Shown here piece by piece: positions 17,984 through 26,700 of a DNA stretch of 64,000 nucleotides (the stretch's first letter is position 1; each line of letters begins with the position of its first letter). The notes under the pieces were generated by a model. That model worked only from the letters and a program-made list of their open reading frames with translations, was not told the DNA's origin and searched no databases. Position numbers and translations under genes: made by a program. This stretch comes from a virus. The DNA lies in IMG/VR virus record IMGVR_UViG_3300021085_000009, positions 32,001 through 96,000 of that record; one strand, written 5' to 3'.

Positions 17984-19588
17984 CTAATAAAGCCCTTGGT
18001 GTTTGTTTACTTCCATCCAAACATTGCCCTCGCTATCAACTTCCTTAGTGTTATTTTCATCGCTACTAAATACACCGAATGGTAGCATATCATCTTGTAT
18101 AGCCTGAAGTTGTTCTTTATATAGAAGTGTTTTCATATCTATATCCGTTATACCATGGAATATATCAGTAGTAGTAAACCAAGAAAACAATACTAAATTC
18201 ATCATTAAATCGTCATGGTTATTACCCGAAGCTTCCCATGATGATCCTCTATTTACAAATGTACTCATTTCAATAATAGTATTAGCATCGATGACATGAA
18301 GTTTTTTCTCCATAATTAAATCTTTTACTGCTGAGCAACCAATTCGTTTTAATCGTTTAGTCATTGTAGCACCAAGTGCATTACGCTTTACCATCGACTC
18401 AACAAACATATTCTCATATTCTAAATCATAATATAAACCATTACAAACTACTGCACCTTGGTCATTACTTTCAATAATAGTATATGCTTCGTTATAATGA
18501 TTAGCCCATTTATATATAAGATCAGGAAATAGTATTGGCGATATGTTATTATCTCTAAATACACACACTTGTTTAAATGGATCCACTGATACATCTATAA
18601 TTGTAAACGTAGAATAGTCTAATCCTCTGCCCTTAGCAACATCGACTGTCATTATATACTGATGATTTTCTACTGGATTTTCATATACGAATATATTTTC
18701 AGTAAATGATATTGGATCTAAAGCCTTTTGTGCTAATAACTCATTAGCTGGAATAAGAGTGTTTCCTCGTCCATGAAATGAATTACCAAACTCTTGATCA
18801 AACTGAAGCGATGAAGTATTGGCAATAGTCTGTTCTTTCCACTCTTCGTCCCTTCCTGGTACATCCCACCAATCAACTCTAAAAGGTTTAAATTCATTTG
18901 TATTGGTTGCTGCACCTTCCCATAGCTTATGATACACATTACCTACGCCATTTGCAGTAGATGTTATAATAATTTTAGTATCTTTACCTGATGATACTAC
19001 TGGATATGTAGATGTATAAAACTGTGCGTCGTTTTCTACAAAAGCAAACTCATCTAAAAACAATAGGTTAATAGAAAGACCACGAATAGAAGAACCAGAG
19101 GTTGCTGCAGCAATAATTTTAGAGTTATTGCTAAATTCAATTGATCCTTTATTTAAAGCCTTACAGCCAGGTTGTAAAAAGAAGGGTAAATTTTCTAAAG
19201 CTAAAGTAATACGTGCTAACATCTCTCTAGCAACTGCACCTTTGTTGGCTAATATAGCAATAGTTTTTTCTGGGTGAAAACACGCAAACCAAAGTAAAAA
19301 TATAACTGATGATATAGATTTACCACTTTGTCGACATGCTAAAACAATAGAGAATCGGTTTTTATGAAAGTGATCGAACATATCTTCTTGATACGGCCAT
19401 AAGTCAAATGATACTAAACCTTTATCAAGTGATATAACCTTAGCATATGTTTTTGCAAAGTACGCTGGATCCTGCATGCATTTTTTATACTCACGAATTT
19501 CGTCAATACTAAACTCTGACTCGACTCCATCTCGCTTTACATTAGGATTACCTAAATAACCGAATTCGTTATTCTTTATTTGGCTCAT
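17984..19588 (-). CDS. gp17: Terminase large subunit
   Basis: YLGNPNVK, CRQSGKS, LFLDEFAF, TSTANG, VDVAKGRGLDYS and HDDLMM. Confidence 0.98.
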   Translation of the reverse strand: MSQIKNNEFGYLGNPNVKRDGVESEFSIDEIREYKKCMQDPAYFAKTYAKVISLDKGLVSFDLWPYQEDMFDHFHKNRFSIVLACRQSGKSISSVIFLLWFACFHPEKTIAILANKGAVAREMLARITLALENLPFFLQPGCKALNKGSIEFSNNSKIIAAATSGSSIRGLSINLLFLDEFAFVENDAQFYTSTYPVVSSGKDTKIIITSTANGVGNVYHKLWEGAATNTNEFKPFRVDWWDVPGRDEEWKEQTIANTSSLQFDQEFGNSFHGRGNTLIPANELLAQKALDPISFTENIFVYENPVENHQYIMTVDVAKGRGLDYSTFTIIDVSVDPFKQVCVFRDNNISPILFPDLIYKWANHYNEAYTIIESNDQGAVVCNGLYYDLEYENMFVESMVKRNALGATMTKRLKRIGCSAVKDLIMEKKLHVIDANTIIEMSTFVNRGSSWEASGNNHDDLMMNLVLFSWFTTTDIFHGITDIDMKTLLYKEQLQAIQDDMLPFGVFSSDENNTKEVDSEGNVWMEVNKHQGLY

Positions 19589-19991
19589 TTATAATTTTAC
19601 TTTCATCTTGTTTTAATAATAATCTTTGTAAATCAGAACTACTTCCAACAAATAAATTATTGTTTGTCACTTCACGGGATGGTCCTTTTTTATCGACCAA
19701 ATCCTTTTTACTTTTCTGTAGTACCATTAGTTTATCAGTAGTGTCACCGATATCTTTAATAGCCTTAGATAATACCTCAAATGCTCTAGGATGTTCAGAT
19801 TCTTGAGCTAATTGCGCAAGTGAATCCAGAGATAGCATCCCTGTATTAATTAAATCTTTATAAGTTTTTCTGGAAAATTCGTAATCGTCTTTAATATCTT
19901 TAATATCAATTTGATCTTTTACTGGCAATTTACTCTCAGATTTTTGAGGTAAATTTTTTGCCAAACTATCCATCATTTTATCTTTCTTCAT
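19569..19991 (-). CDS. gp16: Terminase small subunit
   Basis: DDYEFSR...ESEHPRAFEV...NNNLFVGSSSDLQ. Overlaps the gp17 start. Confidence 0.93.
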   Translation of the reverse strand: MKKDKMMDSLAKNLPQKSESKLPVKDQIDIKDIKDDYEFSRKTYKDLINTGMLSLDSLAQLAQESEHPRAFEVLSKAIKDIGDTTDKLMVLQKSKKDLVDKKGPSREVTNNNLFVGSSSDLQRLLLKQDESKIINEPNKE

Positions 19992-19999
19992 AATAGTAT

Positions 20000-20971
20000 T
20001 TATGTATAACTAGAAATAGTAGCAGTTACGTTAGCAGCAGATCCAGTAATAGTCTCATCCTCAAAAAAGTATCCAGTTGTCGTGTCAACTGTAATTGTAG
20101 AACCACTTATAGCGGTTATTTCAGCAGTAGATGCTGATGATGTTCCTGTAATAGTTTCTCCTACAAGGAACGTATCTGATATATCATCTAATGATAATAC
20201 AAAACTATTTGGAACATTTAAATAATCATACGTTGTTGTTATAGTATAATTATCTGATTCACTTGCAGTTTTAGGATTTACTGCTAAGTTAATTCCTTCT
20301 AAAAATTGCCCTGTGTTATTTTTGTCAAAAAAGTCTATATCAATTTCTTTAATAACTGACTGATTCTGTGTTGGTCCAAAGAATCTCATTTTCATTGTAA
20401 AGTCTAAGGTATATGTTAATACCCTACGACTAGCAAAATCACCTTCGTATTCGTCATTTATAGCAACACTAGTTAACGTAACAGGCACATCTTCTTTATA
20501 AGTAGTCCAACCATCAATAGGTTTAATTGTAACTGTGTACTCTGGCTGAAAGTACGGAAGTATTTGTTCTATAATTTGTAAACCATCATCTTGGTTTTTA
20601 GCCATAATGTTTAACTGCATTCCAATAGAATATGTGGTCTGTTGTTTAACTGTTTTCTTTCTAGTAGAATCACTACCATGGGCTTCGGTAATCTGTGCTC
20701 TTTTATTTAATTTTGATGTTAGATCTTGCTCAAGGCCTGTTATTTCAAACGACATCCTAGGAAGTTTAATTGCAAAAGAAGCATCGTTCATAGTATCAGC
20801 ATCTAACCTAGCCAAAAACTTTTGTTTAGGTCCGTACGCTAATGGAACTTTAACTTGATTAATAACAGTACCATCACTTTTCTTTCTAACAATACCTATA
20901 TTATTAAATATAGTTCCGAATACTGCTACTGATTTTCGCAATGTAGCATGATAGAAATGATCTCCAAACAT
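20000..20971 (-). CDS. gp15: Tail sheath stabilizer/terminator with an extra C-terminal domain
   Basis: HFYHATLRKSVAVFGTIFNNI, VPLAYGPKQKFL, LPRMSFE and QIIEQILPYFQP. Confidence 0.95.
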   Translation of the reverse strand: MFGDHFYHATLRKSVAVFGTIFNNIGIVRKKSDGTVINQVKVPLAYGPKQKFLARLDADTMNDASFAIKLPRMSFEITGLEQDLTSKLNKRAQITEAHGSDSTRKKTVKQQTTYSIGMQLNIMAKNQDDGLQIIEQILPYFQPEYTVTIKPIDGWTTYKEDVPVTLTSVAINDEYEGDFASRRVLTYTLDFTMKMRFFGPTQNQSVIKEIDIDFFDKNNTGQFLEGINLAVNPKTASESDNYTITTTYDYLNVPNSFVLSLDDISDTFLVGETITGTSSASTAEITAISGSTITVDTTTGYFFEDETITGSAANVTATISSYT

Positions 20972-21912
20972 TAATAAGTCTCCGATGGATCGCCGAATGG
21001 ATTAGATTCGGTAAAGTCTATAAAATTATCACCTTCAATTTCAAATTGTACATTTTCTGCTTGACCATCTGATGCAAATGTATTAGCATCATCCTTATCG
21101 CCTATAGTAACAATGTCAGTTATATAGCATGTGTTACTACTAGTTTCTCCAACCAAACCTAATGTAGGAGATACCAAGAAGTTCTTTCCTTGACCTTCTG
21201 AACCAGTTACACCGATATTACTTACGCTAATATCAGCAGCAATATCTGAAGTTTTAACAATAGTTTGTATTTCACCACTTACTGTTACAGTAGGACCAGT
21301 TGATATTATCTGTGATATGGTTTCTCCAATTTCAAAATGATTACCACCTGTTAAGGAAACTGTCATCGTTTGTAGATATGAATTCCTAGCTTGAACTGTG
21401 TCAATGGCAACAACATCTGTTTCAAAATCATCATCACTATATTCGTATAGGCTACATTGTAGTTTATAAACTGGTAAATTTGATAATTGATAGAAAGGTT
21501 GTTCATGTTCGACAAACATAATTTCAAAGAACTTGTTTGTCATTGGTAAGAATAAAAGATCACCAGATTCTGGTGTAGGATTAACATTGTTTGTTTGATA
21601 AAAACCGATAAGTTTTTCCCACTGCCTTTTAGAGATAATAAAATTAGCTTCGTCTCTAATTTCTAATCCAAATTTAGAATATAAATCCCCTGAACCTTCA
21701 AACCCTTCTGCATTTTCAATATAAGCTTCAATCATATACGCATCATCAAATTTTGATGCACTATCTTCGCCTAATATATCATCTCTATTAAGCATTGTTC
21801 TAGGCAAGTAATAGACATCCTGACCATATATCTTAAGAGACTCTATGATCAAGTCTTCGTATAAATTCTGCTCAGTTTTTACAGCCTGAGAAAAGTAAAC
21901 GCTTCTTGGCAT
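20971..21912 (-). CDS. gp14: Neck protein
   Basis: EQNLYEDLIIESLKIYGQDVYYLPR, SKFGLEIRDE, FVEHEQPFYQL and DFTESNPFG. Confidence 0.95.
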   Translation of the reverse strand: MPRSVYFSQAVKTEQNLYEDLIIESLKIYGQDVYYLPRTMLNRDDILGEDSASKFDDAYMIEAYIENAEGFEGSGDLYSKFGLEIRDEANFIISKRQWEKLIGFYQTNNVNPTPESGDLLFLPMTNKFFEIMFVEHEQPFYQLSNLPVYKLQCSLYEYSDDDFETDVVAIDTVQARNSYLQTMTVSLTGGNHFEIGETISQIISTGPTVTVSGEIQTIVKTSDIAADISVSNIGVTGSEGQGKNFLVSPTLGLVGETSSNTCYITDIVTIGDKDDANTFASDGQAENVQFEIEGDNFIDFTESNPFGDPSETY

Positions 21913-21916
21913 TTAT

Positions 21917-22882
21917 TTATCCTGTCATAAAGTCGATTGGATCTTCCCAGACCAAGCGAGCTTCTTCTGTTAATTCTTTTATTTCTTCTTTGGCGTCTTC
22001 TAAGATTTGTCGTCCGTTAAATGTAACGCCACCTGGCATTACCATTCCCTCAAACTTTGATAGGTTAATACCCCATTGCATTTTAATTAATGCTGTGGCA
22101 TATCGTTTAAGAAAGTAATCGTTATATACATCAGTGTATGCGTCTGGATCTAAAACTCTTTGGCATTCTACTATAATGTATGAACCAATAACAACTTCAG
22201 TTTTCCAATTCATATCTATTCTTAGATTGTTTCTATGGACATTAAAATCTATATGTTTATCGTCTGTATCAACTATTAAATCTAATAGCGATAACCAAGA
22301 TTGTGTCATATAGTATTCTGATAAGTTCCCCATAAATCCTAATGAATATATATCATTTAAATGTAATTGGTAATCAATACTAAACATGTCAGTAGTGTGA
22401 TTCTCATTAAATGGAAATACTCTTGTTACTTGTTTAACCAAGTCTGGAGTAGGAAGATAGCCATTTTCTATATCTCCTAAAGTAATAGAAGATATGGTTC
22501 CGGTTGTACTAGAAGTACCTCCAGTTACTACTTCATTAGCCTGAAAAGGCAAATTAGGATTACCTAGTGAATCATATACTAAGTTTGAACCTGCAGTAGT
22601 GTTATGAACTATAGCCGTAGCTCCAGATGTTCCACCAGTAATGGTTTCACCTACCGTAAAATTATCAGCAACAGATGCTGATAAAGCTAAGGTGCTTCCA
22701 GTTACTTCATGCTTTAAAAAGACCTTTTCAATGGCATCTGCATGAAATGTATTGTAAAATTGAAAAGCTTCATCGATTCTATCTTCGATTTGGTCTTCAT
22801 CTACATTGATTTCAATTACAGGTGCACCTAATGATCTTAAACAATAATCAATTAATGTTGTTCTTGAGTTAGGTTTTGCCAT
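21917..22882 (-). CDS. gp13: Neck protein
   Basis: LIDYCLRSLGAPVIEINV and FLKRYATALIKMQWGINLSKFEG.MPGGVTFNG. Confidence 0.95.
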   Translation of the reverse strand: MAKPNSRTTLIDYCLRSLGAPVIEINVDEDQIEDRIDEAFQFYNTFHADAIEKVFLKHEVTGSTLALSASVADNFTVGETITGGTSGATAIVHNTTAGSNLVYDSLGNPNLPFQANEVVTGGTSSTTGTISSITLGDIENGYLPTPDLVKQVTRVFPFNENHTTDMFSIDYQLHLNDIYSLGFMGNLSEYYMTQSWLSLLDLIVDTDDKHIDFNVHRNNLRIDMNWKTEVVIGSYIIVECQRVLDPDAYTDVYNDYFLKRYATALIKMQWGINLSKFEGMVMPGGVTFNGRQILEDAKEEIKELTEEARLVWEDPIDFMTG

Positions 22883-22896
22883 TTTTTGGTCCTCTA

Positions 22897-23178
22897 TTAA
22901 CTAATAACGCCTAGCGCCATTTTGTGTTCTACTCCAGCCATAACTTCGCCGACTCTAACTAAAGTCGCTGCATCGTCATAATTGCCTTCTGAATCAAAAC
23001 AAACGTTAACCATACGAGTGTGAACTTTATCGGGTGTATATTGATCGTCAGTAAATGTTACTTCAACATCTGTAACATCAATTGTAGTTTCAATTGTTTC
23101 ACCTTCGTTATCCGGATCAGGATGACTGTCAACTCTGGTTCCAGTATATGCTTCTGCTATGTTATATGTAATTGCCAT
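22897..23178 (-). CDS. Small hypothetical protein (possible fibre-associated/assembly protein)
   Basis: AGGAG RBS. Late operon directly downstream of the fibre cluster. Confidence 0.7.
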   Translation of the reverse strand: MAITYNIAEAYTGTRVDSHPDPDNEGETIETTIDVTDVEVTFTDDQYTPDKVHTRMVNVCFDSEGNYDDAATLVRVGEVMAGVEHKMALGVIS

Positions 23179-23179
23179 T

Positions 23180-23509
23180 TTATTCTCCTGCCCATGGAAG
23201 ATCTGGTTCTGCTACCGGTGATACAAGAGCGTCGATTTGTTTTTGAATTACACCATTAACGTGTACTTCATAATCATCTACAACAACAGCTTGAATCCAA
23301 CCTAGTACATCAGCTTCGGTTAAGTCAGCAAATGGTACAAATGGATCTGCATCTACCGAAGTAAATGGAGTAGCTCCACTAAAGGATCCTACGTTTCCAT
23401 CATCGTCGGTACCAGTTTTTTTCCAATAAGTTTGAATTACGGCATCAGCATTATCGCCTTCTGCCTTAGTTTTTAGGGAACTTACTTCCCAAGTATATGT
23501 GATTGCCAT
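23180..23509 (-). CDS. Small fibre-associated protein (possible tail-fibre assembly chaperone)
   Basis: MAITYTW...FVPFADLTEADVLGWI...PDLPW pattern often seen next to marine phage fibre genes. AGGAG RBS. Confidence 0.7.
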   Translation of the reverse strand: MAITYTWEVSSLKTKAEGDNADAVIQTYWKKTGTDDDGNVGSFSGATPFTSVDADPFVPFADLTEADVLGWIQAVVVDDYEVHVNGVIQKQIDALVSPVAEPDLPWAGE

Positions 23510-23554
23510 TTTATTCTCCTAATAAATTGTGCATGAGGTTAATTCCTCTATATC

Positions 23555-23562
23555 TATTTATA
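23555..23562 (-). promoter_or_regulatory. T4 late promoter TATAAATA (small genes plus gp13-17)
   Basis: Exact consensus in the intergenic gap. Confidence 0.8.
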
Positions 23563-23574
23563 ATAGTTTTTTAC

Positions 23575-23757
23575 TTAACTTGTAAATAATACAGCATGCG
23601 CATCTTGTACCAGCTGTAACTTATCACTAACATCTGCTCCTGCAACTAAGATGTCCTGCGAATTATCACTATAATCTATTTGCATGGTAGCAGGTGCTTC
23701 AGTTGGCACTGTTCTATCAGGATGCCATGCTATATGTGTTACTGTTTTACTTGACAT
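23575..23757 (-). CDS. Hypothetical protein (60 aa) coupled to the fibre gene
   Basis: Overlaps the 3' end of the 1863-aa gene. AAGGA RBS. Confidence 0.6.
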   Translation of the reverse strand: MSSKTVTHIAWHPDRTVPTEAPATMQIDYSDNSQDILVAGADVSDKLQLVQDAHAVLFTS

Positions 23758-26700
23758 TTTTTATTTCCTTTATTTCTTGTTTCAAGTCTTTTACTTGTTG
23801 TGTTAATTCTTTTACTGCCTCTACTAGTAATGCAGTAGTATTTCCATACTTGACACCGTATTGATCAACGTCTTCTGCATAAGTTACCAACTCAGGTGCA
23901 ACTTCATTTACGTCTTGAGCGATAAAACCAATTTCCTTTGTTTTACTTTCATCGTCAATTCTGTTATAATACACACCTTCTAGCTTATTTACTTTTTCTA
24001 AAGCATTATCTATTTGAACGATGTTTTCTTTAACTCTTCTATCAGAATACGCAGTTATATTTCCAGTTGCGTAAAATGATCCGGTTAGATAAGCTCCGTA
24101 ACTTGATGAAGTAGTCGATTCGTTAAGGCCCAAGCAATTATTGCCAACATGGAAATAGTAGTACCACCCACCACCAGATTGTCTATACGCACCTCCATTA
24201 CCAGAGCCGTCAAACATGATTGCTGCATCACCACCATTATCAAATACAATACCGTCATAACCACCTCTACTACCAGAAGTACACCAAGAGCCATAAGAAG
24301 TTACAGTATTTGCTTTAAAGGTAGCGCTGTTCGCGTTACCAATTAAATTACCTGTTAACTTCATGTTGCCTATCACATGAAGTTTCTCACTAGGATCTAT
24401 AGACTGAAAACCTGGCCCGATTCCTACGTTATTATGATCAACAACAAAGCCATCGGTAGGTCTTGAAATACTTGCAGGTTCTCCATTATATCCTGTAGCA
24501 ATGTGTATTCTACCATTTGAGTTTGCGGCCCAAATGCGAAGTTCAGCATCTGCATCATCGTGTTGTCGTATACCAGTATGCCAAGAATCAACTGCCCCAA
24601 ATACAATAGAGCCTTCATAGTTGCCAGCATTCATATTAAGTTGACCAGCAATGGTTACATTATTCAATAAACTACTAGTAGGTGGATTTAAGTAGTAAGC
24701 CGTGTTTTCATTCATATACAAATGACCGTTTGTAGTCTTTTGTAAATCCCACGACCCCCAAGTATTATCTAAGAAACCATAATTAGTGCCATCACCATAT
24801 AATTGGAATCTAAATTGATCAGATCCATTTCTGACAAGTAAACCAGCAGTTCCACTAGCATGTGTTCTAATTTCTGTATTATTGGCATTGTTTCTTCTTA
24901 GAATATGAGATTCAGAATTATCTGCTCCAACTGCTATGTATCTACATCCTGAAATATAGTTATTATTCATAACTATCTGGCCATATAACCAGTTAGTTCC
25001 GTTTGAATATACACCACTTGGATGCCATGACGCACTTCCAGTTCCACCTACGTTACCATTTCCTTGATAACCATAAGCCTGCATTCTACCATGCGTTTTT
25101 AGTGTCTGTGTACCGACGCTATTAAAATCTGTTGTTGGGCTTTTAGTAAATACTGATGAGCTCGTACTTTGTGTTACGGCCCAATCTCCGGTATAATCAA
25201 TAGAACCAACATAAAAATCATCTGCTCCTGATACACTTGATACACGAACCGTTCCATAAGACCAGCTAGATGCAGGCTCTCCAATGACCATAACTCTTTT
25301 ATTTACTGAGCCATTATTTCTCCAGCCAAAGTAGATTGGTTTGTCCATATCACCAATAACTTTTACACCAACGTTATGCCACATCGTAGAACCTGTGTTG
25401 CCGTTACCACCTGAGTTCCAGTTATGTCCACCTACAATAATCTTAGTAGCATTTTTACCACTATATTCGTATACGTCAACTTCAAAGTATAACATATCGT
25501 AGTTAGCCAATGTACCTGGTAAATCAATAACAATCTGACCAGTAGTCGTACCACTTCCAGCCCATGCTGCGGCTGCTCCAGGAATTACTCTTTTAGGATG
25601 CGTTGTGTTTCCTAATCCTATGTTACCTTCAGGGCCTACATGAATAGTACCTCTCATAACAAGGGAATTATCATTGGTTGATAGATCCATATAATAGCCA
25701 GTATCATCTATGTCATAAAATGCGGCTGATCTCATATCAGCTAATGAGCACACTCTACCGCTCGAAGCTTCTAACCAAACTCTGGCATCACCATCAGCAG
25801 CAACGTACATTCCCCAATTACCAGTATTTAATCCACCGGTTATGTATCCCGCACTTGCACTTGCATATCCAACACCATACATATTACCCAATGCAGTAGA
25901 ACTAGGATTGTAAGCAGAGCCTATGGTATAAATTGGATTTGAGTTGGTGCCATTGGAACCAACGTTATTGTATGTGCCTTCTAAATGCCCACTGTGATGT
26001 GCTAATCGAGTAAGATTGGCATTGGCGGATAAGCGTAAATCACCGGTAAGAGTCATCTCACCACTACTCATGTTTTGAATCATGGTATTTACGCCACTAG
26101 CATTTCTAAAGATAGTTTCTGACGATGATTGTATATACCAGTTATTAGCATGGTATTGCATCTTGCCTGCAACTTCACCAGACCAAGTGCCAGAGTCCTG
26201 TCTCCAATCACCTATAGTCTTTAATGAATTTCCACCTTGTGCAGACGGGTTTAAGAAGTAGGCACTATTATTTCTATCATAAAATGCATCTGCGTCGACA
26301 CTACCCACTACTTTTAAAGCAGAGAAGAACACATTTTTATAATTATCACCAGAGTAACTACCCCATCTCTGCATTCCAGACCAAGCACCTGTACCTATTG
26401 TTTCTGATAGATACAGGGGAACACCACCGCCGTGATCGTGCTTATGGAATTTATGAGCCCAAGTATTATTGTTATAAGATGAGCCACCATATCTCATGAT
26501 GAGACCTACTGTACTAGAGTTAGCACCACCTGTGTTTTCAGCTCCAACCTTTACACTAATTGAATCAAGGAACGAAGTACTGGCAGGATTTAAATAATAG
26601 TTTGCATTGTTACTGTCATAGAATGTAGATGCATATACCGATCCTGCAGAGGATATATTTCCGTTATGTCCATCCAGCCACACTCTGCCTGTGCCATTAG

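Noticed and set aside
4058-19588. Inteins, introns or homing endonucleases in gp46, uvsW, gp17, gp20 or gp23
   Set aside because: All have normal lengths and uninterrupted motifs. No HNH, GIY-YIG or LAGLIDADG ORFs were seen.
19997-20004. CATAAATA late-promoter variant before gp16
   Set aside because: It has one mismatch, overlaps the gp15 stop codon, and lies too close to the ATG to distinguish from chance in AT-rich DNA.
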